A stretch of DNA of 64,000 nucleotides from Candidatus Latescibacterota bacterium (GCA_965248435.1 OZ252100.1:2048001-2112000), one strand, 5' to 3'; shown: positions 48,799-59,130, counted from the first letter of the stretch. Numbers and translations: made by a program. Notes: generated by a model from the letters alone, not told the origin.

Positions 48799-49161
48799 TT
48801 AAACCACAATTATCATCTCCACTCTATTCCCGAACGGATCACGAAATTCGAAGCGTTCAAAGCCTGGGACAGGTACTGATTCGAATATCTCAACACCTTC
48901 ATCAGTTAGGCGCGACCGCCAAAATGCCAGGTCCGATACCTCATAAGCCAGATGCGCTTTTGTCGCTTGACGATCAACACCATCCTCTGTCCCGATGTGG
49001 ACTTCCCCATCCCCGACCTTGAGCCATAGGCCACCGCGTGCTTTCAGAATATCGGGCTTCTCCAACTCCTTTAGCTGCAGAGTTCCACAATAAAAGCTTC
49101 TCGCTTCCTCTTCAAAGCCTCTTGGGATTGTGATCTGTGCGTGATGAATGCCCTTTATCAT
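48799..49161 (-). CDS. VOC family protein
   Basis: IHHAQI, HLAY, RDPFGNRVE. Confidence 0.88.
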   Translation of the reverse strand: MIKGIHHAQITIPRGFEEEARSFYCGTLQLKELEKPDILKARGGLWLKVGDGEVHIGTEDGVDRQATKAHLAYEVSDLAFWRSRLTDEGVEIFESVPVPGFERFEFRDPFGNRVEMIIVV

Positions 49162-49207
49162 CTTGCTATCTCTTGGCCTTCTACCGCTAAGGCCGTTGAA
49201 ATTTCCT

Positions 49208-49601
49208 TCAGGCATCGCCCTGTCCTCCGGTCAATCTTGCTGCCTTACGCCTCAATTCCTCGGTCTCGGCATCGCACAGCCGCTCCTCCGGGCTGATTTC
49301 AGTGCGCTCAACAAACGCCACGATTAGAGGACGGTTAATGAGCCATTCGAGACGATCCTCGTTGCCGGCAAAATCGGGGCAGTCTACATCATCATCGCTC
49401 TGCTACCTTGTAGAGGAACCCTTCTCCTATCTTGCCATCGTGCTTGACCCCTGAATTGGAAGCAGAAACGATAGTGGGTTTATGAGAGAATGCACGGGCT
49501 GCGTCCCTATTCTGCGTAATAGCACTACCCGGTTTAAGTGTGGTTAGGTCTTTGTAAGGCGACCCATGGTACCACGTGCCGTCATAGTCCCAGTCTTTCA
49601 C
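49208..49601 (-). pseudogene. Frameshifted hypothetical gene (WYHGS motif, weakly ADP-ribosyltransferase-like)
   Basis: A 69-aa ORF stops at 49392; a plausible continuation (DDVDCP...EWLINRPL...) in another frame runs to 49208. Confidence 0.5.
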
Positions 49602-49604
49602 GAT

Positions 49605-50228
49605 CTACTCCCTATAAGGCCGACTTGGTGCAATCCTTTGGCCACTTTTCACCTTTTCAAATTTCTCTCGAGTAAGAATCAGATCATAGCAACTGCGTGC
49701 CTTTCGCCCTGGAGGTTGCGGCACTACTGAGTCCACTTCATATCCGTTCTTCTGAAACGCCTTTAGGCTCCGAGGATTATAATCAGCCACATCGCAAGCG
49801 AAGATCACGTCTGATTGTTCCTCTTCAAATCCCAATTCGCTTAGTAGACCAACGACTCTCGTCCCTATCCCATGCCCCCATAGATCCTTTTCGCCAATCG
49901 TGAGGTCAATTCGACGACAGTCTAGATCTGGATAGCTTTTAAGGATCCTCTCAAGATTCATTTGCTGAAGCCAGCACTCCCCGATCGACCGACCATCATA
50001 CTCCGCAATAAAGCAAAAGGCTGCTTGTGACACAGAGCGATAGATATTGTGAACTTCCTCGAGGGTTCGTCCTGTGACATTATCCCCTTCGGAAAAGTAG
50101 AGCACTTCTGGATCACTATTCCATTTCATTAATAAGTCCCAGTCTGCCTCGGTCATCGGACGCAAGATCAATTCTTCGTCCTCAAGTGTGACATCATGTA
50201 GTCTCAGCTTGTCCACACATATCTCCAC
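49605..50228 (-). CDS. GNAT acetyltransferase (AAC(6')-like fold)
   Basis: LMKWNSDPEV, IDLTIGE, WGHGIG, NPRSLKAFQK. Confidence 0.85.
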   Translation of the reverse strand: MEICVDKLRLHDVTLEDEELILRPMTEADWDLLMKWNSDPEVLYFSEGDNVTGRTLEEVHNIYRSVSQAAFCFIAEYDGRSIGECWLQQMNLERILKSYPDLDCRRIDLTIGEKDLWGHGIGTRVVGLLSELGFEEEQSDVIFACDVADYNPRSLKAFQKNGYEVDSVVPQPPGRKARSCYDLILTREKFEKVKSGQRIAPSRPYRE

Positions 50229-50263
50229 AGGAGGCAGTCGATTGAGCTGCTCAGTTGTCGTCT

Positions 50264-51022
50264 TTACTTCGCTGAGTCGACGGGTTTCCTGGCGACTGCG
50301 ATCAGGCGGTCGGCTTTCCGCCCATATTCGACGCCCTCGAAGTTACCATAGAGCTTCACTTCATTAAAGCCCACATCGGCCAGTCTATCCTTCAACTCTT
50401 GGCCGGAATAGATTGTGTGATGGAAGCTGAAGCTTAACACTTCCGAGCCCTTGACCATCGTCCACTCGTTTCGGATCCGAGTCCATTCGTCAAAGATCTC
50501 ACGGCGGTACACCATCAGAGTCCCGTCATCCAGCTTCTCAGACGTCGTGGACAGAAATATCTTCGCCAATCGTTCCTTCCCAATGATATCGATCACGACG
50601 GCGCCCCCGGGCACGAGATTCGCCAAGACGTTCTGAAGCACTTTGAGGTCTTCTGCTTTGTCATCGAAGTATCCGAATGATGTGTAAGAGTTCAGTACAA
50701 GGTCGAATGCATTGGGCCGAAGGAACTCCCGCATGTCCTCCTGGACCCACTCGATATCTAGCCCCTCATCCGCTGCCCTCGTTTTGGCTTTGTTCAGCAG
50801 AAAGGGAGTTCTATCCACTCCAGTGACACGGAATTCACGTCGTGCGAAAGGGATGCAGAACCGACCGGGACCGCAGCACAAGTCGAGAACCGATCCAGAG
50901 CTTAGATTGACCAACTCCAGCAGCTTGTCGACCAGCTCCTCTGCCGCTTGAAACTTGCTTTCAGGAAATATGAAAGGATATGTTTCGATCCAGAAGGATT
51001 CATCTTCAAACCATTGTGTCAT
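50264..51022 (-). CDS. Class I SAM methyltransferase
   Basis: LDLCCGPGR, DMRE, TSFGYF. Confidence 0.9.
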   Translation of the reverse strand: MTQWFEDESFWIETYPFIFPESKFQAAEELVDKLLELVNLSSGSVLDLCCGPGRFCIPFARREFRVTGVDRTPFLLNKAKTRAADEGLDIEWVQEDMREFLRPNAFDLVLNSYTSFGYFDDKAEDLKVLQNVLANLVPGGAVVIDIIGKERLAKIFLSTTSEKLDDGTLMVYRREIFDEWTRIRNEWTMVKGSEVLSFSFHHTIYSGQELKDRLADVGFNEVKLYGNFEGVEYGRKADRLIAVARKPVDSAK

Positions 51023-51075
51023 TCCTGACCCCTACTGTCTGCTGTTATGAGCCGGCGACTGTGCGAAACTTGATC

Positions 51076-51897
51076 CTATGACCTGTTCTTTTCCATCCAG
51101 CCGGCTGCGAAATCGACCAACTGAGGCTGAGGTATATGTTGGCAATCAGCTTGACCAACTCGGCCACTAAGAACCACTTCCCTACCATCGGTTCGCACAA
51201 AGTCCTCTCCAATCTGCGCGAAGTCGGAACTATCGAGATCGATCTCTTCGAATGTCGTCCACTGCCTCTTGCCGTCCATCCAGACCGGTGCGCCCTCCTC
51301 CAGCACCTTCTTCGACGGGTATGTGGAGCGATATTCCGCCAAGTGCATAGAGGTGTTCCTGGCGTGATCCACACCCAGGAGCAGGACACACCCGTCGAGT
51401 TCATAGATTCGCGCCAAAGGGGATCCCTCGCCCAAACCGTTGGGCAAAGGATGATCTCCTGTTATTCGTCCCGCATATTCGCCCCAGGCACAGAAGGAGT
51501 GGTGTGGGTGTGCGCTTCGAAGTACGCCTGGCTGCTTTCGAAAGGTCTCTGGTATCGCACCTATGGCTCGAGTTGGAGTAAAATCAGGATCGAATGCCGG
51601 CATGCTCTGACGGATAACCTCCCACCAGGACTCCGGAACTGGAGGGTTCTCCCATCTGCTCGGTTCGGTCAAATCCGTTGAGTGTGCTGGCATAACTAAA
51701 GTTCCGGTCGATCCTAAAGCCTCTTCAAGAGCCAGAATCACTGCTACAGCCCCGCCACAGACCCACCCGATGGAACTCAAGGAAGAATGCACCAGGAGCA
51801 CCATGTCTGGCTGTACACCCAGCGCATGTAGATCGGCCTTCAGCGACTCGACAGTCGCTAGCGTTTCGGTCCTTTTGACAGTCTCAGCTTCTGGCAT
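51076..51897 (-). CDS. AAC(3) family N-acetyltransferase
   Basis: LVHSSLSSIGWVCGG, RSAHP, GEGSPL, NTSMHLAE. Confidence 0.92.
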   Translation of the reverse strand: MPEAETVKRTETLATVESLKADLHALGVQPDMVLLVHSSLSSIGWVCGGAVAVILALEEALGSTGTLVMPAHSTDLTEPSRWENPPVPESWWEVIRQSMPAFDPDFTPTRAIGAIPETFRKQPGVLRSAHPHHSFCAWGEYAGRITGDHPLPNGLGEGSPLARIYELDGCVLLLGVDHARNTSMHLAEYRSTYPSKKVLEEGAPVWMDGKRQWTTFEEIDLDSSDFAQIGEDFVRTDGREVVLSGRVGQADCQHIPQPQLVDFAAGWMEKNRS

Positions 51898-51935
51898 AGG
51901 AATCGGCCCTGTAAGAGCGCAGAAACAAGAGGTGG

Positions 51936-52733
51936 TTACACGACAATAACTTTGAACACCGTAATCGCCTTGCCCATGATCACATTGAAGTCCTTATCAA
52001 CCTGTACCCGGACCAAACCAGTCCTCCTCGATATCTGCTTCCCCGTTAGCTCCTTCCTGCCAAGTCTATCTGCCCAATATTGCCCAAGTGTCGAATGAGC
52101 AATGCCAGTCACCGGATCTTCGTCGATTCCTACGGGCGGTGCAAAGAATCTCGAAACGAAATCGATTCTGTTCTCATCAGACTTCGCGGTCACGACGCAG
52201 CTGTGTCCATTTCTCTTCATCCGAGAGAGATCGGGACTGAGGTCGCGTATTCCTGCTGGATCGTTCAACAGAACGATGTGGTAATCGAATCTGCTCCTAA
52301 AAATCTCCTCGCAGCGATCTATTCGCAATTCGTCCAACAACCCACCAGCATCTGTTACGCAGGTAATCTCATCCTTTGGGAACTTCATCGCAATCCAGTC
52401 ATCTTGTTTTCTCACCTTCAGCAGATCGTTTGGCGCTTCAAACAGGATTTCGGAACCTTCCTGCACAATGGCCGATTCGTACAGGATATGCGCCGAGGCC
52501 AGAGTAGCGTGGCCGCACAATGGGACTTCAGTTTCAGGAGTGAAATACCTGATGGCATACCGATCTACTTTGGGGATCACGAACGCTGTCTCTGACAGAT
52601 TCATTTCTCCGGCAATTTGCTGCATCCATTGCTCATCGGCAGGCCCAGGCAACACGCACACCCCCGCCGGATTCCCCTTGAATTTGGTCTCTGCAAATGC
52701 ATCAACCTGATAGAGCATGATCTCTTTGGCCAT
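51936..52733 (-). CDS. PhzF family isomerase
   Basis: VDAF, GNPAGV, NLSETAF, LCGHAT, EDPVTG. Confidence 0.92.
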   Translation of the reverse strand: MAKEIMLYQVDAFAETKFKGNPAGVCVLPGPADEQWMQQIAGEMNLSETAFVIPKVDRYAIRYFTPETEVPLCGHATLASAHILYESAIVQEGSEILFEAPNDLLKVRKQDDWIAMKFPKDEITCVTDAGGLLDELRIDRCEEIFRSRFDYHIVLLNDPAGIRDLSPDLSRMKRNGHSCVVTAKSDENRIDFVSRFFAPPVGIDEDPVTGIAHSTLGQYWADRLGRKELTGKQISRRTGLVRVQVDKDFNVIMGKAITVFKVIVV

Positions 52734-52754
52734 ATTCTTTCCTTGGATTACCGT

Positions 52755-53501
52755 TCACGGCTTCCTGGCTACAAAAAACATCCTGCCCTCGTGCCTTGAG
52801 AGTCCTTCTGCAATCGGATCCTTCCCATCAAACGTCAGAATCGCATCAAAGCCTGCCTTCTGAAACGCTGATTTCACCTCGCTCTCTGAATACCATCTCT
52901 GGAGCAGGGTTGAATCGCTCCGGTTCCAATTTCCTCGATCCAGTTCAAAGATCGTAAATTCAGTCTTCCCAATCCGTTGCTTTTCATCCCTGCTTGTACG
53001 TACCACAAACACGTGGTCATCTTCGACATGGCCACGCGATCCGCCCCACCTGGCCAGGTAAGCGTCCTCCATGTTCAAATCGAACTCGAAGTATCCCCCA
53101 CCTTCGAGGGCTTCGTATACGCTTCGGAAAACCCTCTCTAACTCCTCCAAAGTCATGACATGGTTCAAGCTGTCAAAGGTTGAGAAGGCGGCATTGAATT
53201 TCTTGGGCACAGAGAACTCACGGGCGTCTGAGACAAGAAACTCTGCATCTGGTGCCTTCTTGCGCGCAATCTCAATCATCTGCTCAGAGCCATCGATCCC
53301 CGTTATCTTGTATCCCTGCTCTACCAGTCTTGCGGCCAGCTGCCCTGTGCCGCAGCAGAGGTCAAGCACAGCACAATTCCTGGGCAGATGTCTCAGCACC
53401 AGGTGATCTGCGATCGCATACGCTTTGGTTGCAAAGAAGCTCCAATGCCGGTTATACACTTTGGCAAAAGGGTCATAGTCACTGTAACGAGTCACTGACA
53501 T
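52755..53501 (-). CDS. Class I SAM methyltransferase
   Basis: LDLCCGTG, FDSLNH. Confidence 0.9.
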   Translation of the reverse strand: MSVTRYSDYDPFAKVYNRHWSFFATKAYAIADHLVLRHLPRNCAVLDLCCGTGQLAARLVEQGYKITGIDGSEQMIEIARKKAPDAEFLVSDAREFSVPKKFNAAFSTFDSLNHVMTLEELERVFRSVYEALEGGGYFEFDLNMEDAYLARWGGSRGHVEDDHVFVVRTSRDEKQRIGKTEFTIFELDRGNWNRSDSTLLQRWYSESEVKSAFQKAGFDAILTFDGKDPIAEGLSRHEGRMFFVARKP

Positions 53502-54126
53502 GGAACTCCCCTGCTGAATGTTTGCAACATGTCGGACTTTCGTTCATTTGATCGTGGGGCCGACTTTCTGCAACAGCCTTGGAAATGATACTCCCTACAT
53601 TGATATTCCCACCCTTCAAGATTCTCGCATATACCCCTCGTAAGTGCAATCCTTGTCTATCGGCCGCGTTGACGAAGTTAGAGGCTTCCTTTCCATAACG
53701 CGCTAGGAACTTCCTGCAACCATTGTGCGCCAAATCGGTGACTTCCAGAATTACATCATCAATAGCGAGCAATTGCCCTGCAGGCAAATTCTCTTCTCTG
53801 AGATCTAAATCAACAATCAGATTATCCCCTGCCAGGGACCATCTCTCTTTAGTTACAGTTATGAGGTCGAGCATGCGCACGTTTATGAGAGAGACCTGGT
53901 TACGAGTGCCATACTTACTGGAGGTAGTCCACCTATCACCTTGAATTCCTTCTTCTGGGGACAGATAGGCGCTCTCGAGTAATTCGCGTTCGCCCTCTTT
54001 TGGACGAATGAGTATGGCTTCCAGCGTTCCCCGATCCTCTGGAGACTGAAGAACTTGAGAAAGTCCACTTTCAATATCTGACTCGGTAACGAACAATTCT
54101 CCCATGTCATTTCTCCAGGAACGCAA
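53479..54126 (-). CDS. MOSC domain protein
   Basis: GDRW, AGDNLIVD, HNGCRKF, LRGVYA. Confidence 0.8.
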   Translation of the reverse strand: MRSWRNDMGELFVTESDIESGLSQVLQSPEDRGTLEAILIRPKEGERELLESAYLSPEEGIQGDRWTTSSKYGTRNQVSLINVRMLDLITVTKERWSLAGDNLIVDLDLREENLPAGQLLAIDDVILEVTDLAHNGCRKFLARYGKEASNFVNAADRQGLHLRGVYARILKGGNINVGSIISKAVAESRPHDQMNESPTCCKHSAGEFHVSDSLQ

Positions 54127-54336
54127 AATTCTCCTAGGTATCTCAGTTAAGCGGCTTCATTTCTTGATTTGTCTAGTCTTCCTGAGGCTCCGCTTGGATC
54201 ACCTGCCTCGTCTCGGTCTCCTCCGGACGCCACTTTTTAAGTGGCTTAGCTCCTCCTTCCGGCTCAATACATCTCTGAAGGTCTGCATCCTGGACTCCTT
54301 TCTGCAATTTCTTGTATGACGACGGAATTTTGGGTA

Positions 54337-54430
54337 AAAGAAAAACCCGCTGTCGAGAGGTCTCAACGGCGGGTTCAGGTTCTGGCGCAAGTTGTCTTGC
54401 TCAAGGCCACAAACGATCCCGCCGCTCCAT
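54337..54430 (-). terminator. Intrinsic terminator with upstream antiterminator (attenuator copy 3)
   Basis: CCCGCCGTTGAGA-CC-TCTCGACAGCGGG followed by TTTTTCTTTT; upstream AGCGGCGGG is complementary to the 5' arm. Confidence 0.75.
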
Positions 54431-54586
54431 CTTAAGGGAATGCCAGTTAATAACGGCGTAGGCTTCTACCCTCTGATGCGAATGGGCAGGTCCCTTAGTT
54501 AGTGCGATTGTGAAGCATGAAGTTCGGCGGGTGATCATTAGATTTTACCTCTTCTGTTCATTAGTAGTGTGCATCCAACTGGTGAG

Positions 54587-54616
54587 AATATATAAACAGG
54601 CACCCTTTGGAGTCAA
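54587..54616 (-). promoter_or_regulatory. Putative sigma70 promoter
   Basis: TTGACT-N18-TATATT on the minus strand, upstream of the attenuator. Confidence 0.5.
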
Positions 54617-54685
54617 GGTTTTTCTCTTTTTTGGACGACCAGCCCTGCTCGAACATCACCCTTGCTGTGTAACGCTGATACGCGA

Positions 54686-57600
54686 TCACTGGATATGCTT
54701 TTCCAGGAAAGCTTCACTGATCCGCCCTGTCTGTAGATACGTCCCGTCTTTGAGAACAAGGATATTCGTCGGCCAGCTCTTGACTTTGAGGGCTCCGATC
54801 AGTGTCGAATCTGCCAATACTTGAGGCCAGTCCATTTCGAACCTCTCGACCACCCGCTTGGCATCGGGGAGTTTGTTGACCTTCACAAAACTCACCATCT
54901 TCAGCTTATCCTTCCGGATCTTCCGATTCATTATCACCAGGGAGGGTATCTCCTGAATACAGGGTGGGCACCACTCGCCCCAGAAATTTAGCAAAGCATA
55001 CTGACCTCGCAGGGATTCTAAGTCGACAGTCTCACCGGAGATGGACTCGTAGTGGCCTTCCCAGAAAGACGCGGGAATCTGTCCAGTTTCCTGGACGGGA
55101 CTCGGCACCTTACTTCGCGCTTCCCGCCTGACTGAATCTCGTTCTGCCATCTCCTTTTGATGATAGAACGTCGGCGCCTCGCCCGTCTTGCTAAGGGTCA
55201 TCCTCTCACCATATGGATGAACGAACGAAAGTTTGTAGTTCTCTTCCCCAATCGTGAAGACGTCGTTCAGCTTAAACACTTCTACCTCCGTGGGTTCCAG
55301 TGACGGACCCCTGGCCCAACGCTTCAAGCCGCCTTCGCGATCTAGGTCGATGATGAGGAAGTCCCCCTCATCGTTGTAAAGTCCATTTCCGCTGAGATCC
55401 CACAGCCCGATCTCGTAGTCGGACTGATTAACCGTAACCCGGCCTCGACGCATGGAGAGATCGCCCCGGAAGTAGTACGTCCCAACCTCGCCGGTGAAGT
55501 CAGGGTAAAGTCTCTTCCAGAACCCCGCTGGACCTGCAAGCAGATCTCCACTAACTGTGTCTATGTACGAAGCCAGCATCTCTGATATTCTCTTGTTAGA
55601 AGGATGGTCATCTGGAAGGTGTCTAAGATGTGGTCTCCGCTGCCAGAGCCTCGCCGTCTTCTGTTTCGGATCTTCTCTGTCAGCTAGCCAGATCACAAAA
55701 TCGTTCTCATCGCGCGGAAAGAATCCCGGACTTCCGTCGTTCGTAAGGTCCTCGTCGTTGTTCAGATCGACATAGAACCGATCCCCATCCTTTTGTGGAA
55801 TCACCATCACGGAAATAATGCGATCTTCTCCAACTGCGGGCCGGTGACCCGTTTCGTAGAAATAGGCGGGGCGATCGGTAGCGGGAAGTTTCAGCTTTTC
55901 CCTCGGTTCCCTGTGGGACCCGACTATACTCACTCCGATACCGTCCAACCCGGTCAAATCAGGAAGCAGGACCTCTATCTCCTTCTTCTCGACAACCACC
56001 GGCTTCTTGCGTTCGCCCACAGGATCACGCGGTGCGCTGAGAACCGTAAGGGTCTTCTCTATGTCCTTCTTACCATCGAGATAGACTTCGAATCTCCACT
56101 TTCCGGGTTTGTCCAACGACCGGTCGAATTCATACTCAAAGATCGTCTCTTTCGGCCAACGCTCACCTTGAAGATCGTGCTCGGCGACTAACCTTCCTGC
56201 GCCGTCGTAGATCTTGCAAGCGATGTCCGCCTCTTCTCTGGGAACACCCCAGTTCACGAAGGCATAGACCTTACCTTTGGCGATCGAGATCTCTTTTATC
56301 TCGTCCATAGGTTTGTTCCCGCCGGGGCCACCCAGTCGAGTCGTGAGAACCGCGTCGCCCCGCCTGATCCTTGTCGGGACAAACCGGAGTCCCTTGATCG
56401 ACTCACCCGCCTCGACTGCGAATTCCAAGGGCTCCACGCCCTCGCCGTACACGACTGAAACTCTGATCTGTCCGGGAAAGACCGGGGCGCGGAAGCTGCC
56501 ATCAATCGACGTGGTCGCGCCCGACCTCGCCCATCCCTCTTCATCCTCGACGCGGATGCCCGCACCGGGCCAGGGCGATCCATCTTCGCGAGTCACCCTG
56601 CCCGAAACGCTGCCCAGGTTGTCCAGACTGGGTCGATAGGGAACCCACCCGACGTATCTGACACCCAGCAGAAGCCTGCCGTCATTCAACTCTCTGATAC
56701 CGTTGACGTGTCCTGCGGGTAGACCATCCTCACTCGTGATGAGCAGCCACCCACCGTCCTGATAGCGCAACAGACCGCCACGGCTTTCGAGGCCGTGATG
56801 GTGGTAAGATGTGCCCATCCAGATCGTGCCGTCCTTTATTTGGCAGATGGCTGAAGCCCCGCCTGCCGGCAGGCCGTGAACCTCGTTCAACGTCTTCCAG
56901 GACGCTCCATCAAACACGGAGATTCCGTTGCGGTACGAGTGCGTCCCCCAGACCTTTCCGTCCTGAGCGACGAGGATCTCGTAGGTCTTTTTGCCACCCA
57001 ACCCGTCCTCTCGAGTGTAGGAGGTCCACTGTTTTCCATCGAAGCGGCTGATCCCCAACCGTGTCCCAACCCAGACCGATCCATCCCTCCCGTCTGCGGC
57101 GCTGTAGACGCGGTTGTGCGAAAGCCCGTCCTCCACTCGAAAGTTTCGCCAGTTCTTTCCATCAAAACGTGTGACGCCGTGACCCTCATCTCCGACCGGG
57201 TGCGCCCTCATCCATATGTTCTCTTTGCTGTCGAAGCACAGTGCGTACACGGCAGGCCCGATGCTCCTGTCGTGGGTGGTGATCTCCCAGTCCTTTCCAT
57301 CGTAGCGCGCGAGCGCAGGATTGGTTCCCGCCTCGTGGCTTCCCGAAAACCACAATGTTCCGTCCTCGGCCTGGAGCATGGATGTAGTCCATCCATCCAT
57401 CAAGCCGTCCGCAGGACCGTAGGTCGTCTTCTCTTTACCGTCGAATCGGATGATCTCTCCATGCATCGAAGACCGGCCCCAGACGCTGCCGTCTTTGGCA
57501 AATAGAGGCAGGAGCAGGCCTCCCATCTCCTGAATCGCGGTATCGATGCTCGCGCTTAACGAAACCGAATCAGTCCCCCTATTTCCGAAAACGGTCGCCT

Positions 57601-58735
57601 TGACCGTTCCAAGGGTCACTGCCGCGAGCACCACGGCAGCTGCGACCGAGATCCACATGCCGCGGCTGATATGCGGAGAGACGCGTTTTCCGATGCTCAC
57701 AATCCGGTCGATGCGATCCATCACACCGCCCTGCCTGGCCATATCCATACCCATCGAAACGGCTGGGATTGGCTGCATCGCGGAAGTTACATCCAACAAG
57801 ACACCCGCGTAACTATCTGAATCGCCCGTGGTCACGATCGACCAGTCGTCGCAAGCCTGTTCCTGCGCTACGGACAGGCGACGACTGGCTATCCACACGA
57901 GTGGATGGAACCAATAAAACGCCAGCGAGAGTGAGGAGATGAACTTGAAAAGGCAGTCAAGGCGGCGGACATGAACTAGCTCGTGAATGAAAATCACATC
58001 AAGGGCTTTCTTCTCGATTAGATTCTCTGGAATCACAATGATCGGGTCCAAAATCCCGATCTGCGTGGGGCTCCCGATTCGATCGCTGCTTGCTAACGCT
58101 ACTTTGCGTCTGATGCCAAGCCGCTGCTTTATCTTATCCATTCGAAGTTTGAGAGACGAATCATTGAGATCGGTCAGGGACCTTCTTAGGGTGAAGACAT
58201 ACAACACTGCTCCGACTAACCGAATCAGCATCACCACTAGACCTGCCAGGTAGATTGACACACCAACAGCCAGAACAATCGGTAATCGATCAGCGGCAAC
58301 AACCGAAGATGCCGGGACATTCCGAGCAGACGGAGGGTAGGCTCTTGTCGACAACGCAGGAGATTGAAGATTCCGGTCTGACGGCCGCATCGGCCTGGTC
58401 GCAGGCGAGACGGTCGTCTCCATCTTGTTTTGACTCAGGGCAGCGGGCGCTTCATCATTTACACCTGACAGTTCTGTGAAGGCCTTCAGAACGAGAACCG
58501 ACGACGGCTTTGGGAGGATGGGGAGACGCAGTGAGGGCATCAACCCAGCAGCCAGCGGGATCAACAACAGACCCACCATGCCGAGGTTCAACAGCAAGTT
58601 CCGCCACGCAGCCCGATTCGCGCTACACAGTCGGACTGCCAGGAGGACGAGTGCGACCAGGACCGTTGCTTTGATTGTAGTATCCAGCAGAAAAAGCCCA
58701 ACAGTTTCCGTGAGATCGAACCATAGCTCTGTCAT
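54686..58735 (-). CDS. M56 (BlaR1-like) peptidase fused to beta-propeller repeats and a C-terminal TlpA-like thioredoxin
   Basis: HELVHVRR.D, WFHPLVW, EQACDD; DGL...DG..W.GT repeats; FWGEWCPPC. Confidence 0.85.
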   Translation of the reverse strand: MTELWFDLTETVGLFLLDTTIKATVLVALVLLAVRLCSANRAAWRNLLLNLGMVGLLLIPLAAGLMPSLRLPILPKPSSVLVLKAFTELSGVNDEAPAALSQNKMETTVSPATRPMRPSDRNLQSPALSTRAYPPSARNVPASSVVAADRLPIVLAVGVSIYLAGLVVMLIRLVGAVLYVFTLRRSLTDLNDSSLKLRMDKIKQRLGIRRKVALASSDRIGSPTQIGILDPIIVIPENLIEKKALDVIFIHELVHVRRLDCLFKFISSLSLAFYWFHPLVWIASRRLSVAQEQACDDWSIVTTGDSDSYAGVLLDVTSAMQPIPAVSMGMDMARQGGVMDRIDRIVSIGKRVSPHISRGMWISVAAAVVLAAVTLGTVKATVFGNRGTDSVSLSASIDTAIQEMGGLLLPLFAKDGSVWGRSSMHGEIIRFDGKEKTTYGPADGLMDGWTTSMLQAEDGTLWFSGSHEAGTNPALARYDGKDWEITTHDRSIGPAVYALCFDSKENIWMRAHPVGDEGHGVTRFDGKNWRNFRVEDGLSHNRVYSAADGRDGSVWVGTRLGISRFDGKQWTSYTREDGLGGKKTYEILVAQDGKVWGTHSYRNGISVFDGASWKTLNEVHGLPAGGASAICQIKDGTIWMGTSYHHHGLESRGGLLRYQDGGWLLITSEDGLPAGHVNGIRELNDGRLLLGVRYVGWVPYRPSLDNLGSVSGRVTREDGSPWPGAGIRVEDEEGWARSGATTSIDGSFRAPVFPGQIRVSVVYGEGVEPLEFAVEAGESIKGLRFVPTRIRRGDAVLTTRLGGPGGNKPMDEIKEISIAKGKVYAFVNWGVPREEADIACKIYDGAGRLVAEHDLQGERWPKETIFEYEFDRSLDKPGKWRFEVYLDGKKDIEKTLTVLSAPRDPVGERKKPVVVEKKEIEVLLPDLTGLDGIGVSIVGSHREPREKLKLPATDRPAYFYETGHRPAVGEDRIISVMVIPQKDGDRFYVDLNNDEDLTNDGSPGFFPRDENDFVIWLADREDPKQKTARLWQRRPHLRHLPDDHPSNKRISEMLASYIDTVSGDLLAGPAGFWKRLYPDFTGEVGTYYFRGDLSMRRGRVTVNQSDYEIGLWDLSGNGLYNDEGDFLIIDLDREGGLKRWARGPSLEPTEVEVFKLNDVFTIGEENYKLSFVHPYGERMTLSKTGEAPTFYHQKEMAERDSVRREARSKVPSPVQETGQIPASFWEGHYESISGETVDLESLRGQYALLNFWGEWCPPCIQEIPSLVIMNRKIRKDKLKMVSFVKVNKLPDAKRVVERFEMDWPQVLADSTLIGALKVKSWPTNILVLKDGTYLQTGRISEAFLEKHIQ

Positions 58736-59130
58736 GACTCCTGCTCCTTCTTTCGCTGCTCCAGTCTTTTTTGAATCTGCTCGAGTTCATCCAAATCCAC
58801 CTGCTCGTCTTCAACCAGACGTGCAAGAAGCATTTCCCCGGACCCGCCAAAAACGCGCTGGATCATCTGCTTCACGGCAGACTTCTGGACTTCCTCGCGT
58901 TTGATCAGGGCGCTGTAGATGTTCGCGCGCCCCTGCTTCCGGCTTGCCACATACTTCTTATCCTCCATGATCTGCAGCATAGTCCGAATCGTGGAATCCA
59001 CGAGCGGATCAGGGAGGGTCTTCTGAACCTGCTCGACACTCGCTTCCCCTTCGTCCCAGACAACCTGCATAATCTGCATCTCCCGGGGAGTCAGTCCATC
59101 CAGACGTGATCTCGCCATACACTCCTCCAA
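58732..59130 (-). CDS. BlaI/MecI/CopY family transcriptional regulator
   Basis: LTPREMQIMQVVW, STIRTML, FGGS; adjacent to the M56 gene. Confidence 0.92.
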   Translation of the reverse strand: MEECMARSRLDGLTPREMQIMQVVWDEGEASVEQVQKTLPDPLVDSTIRTMLQIMEDKKYVASRKQGRANIYSALIKREEVQKSAVKQMIQRVFGGSGEMLLARLVEDEQVDLDELEQIQKRLEQRKKEQES

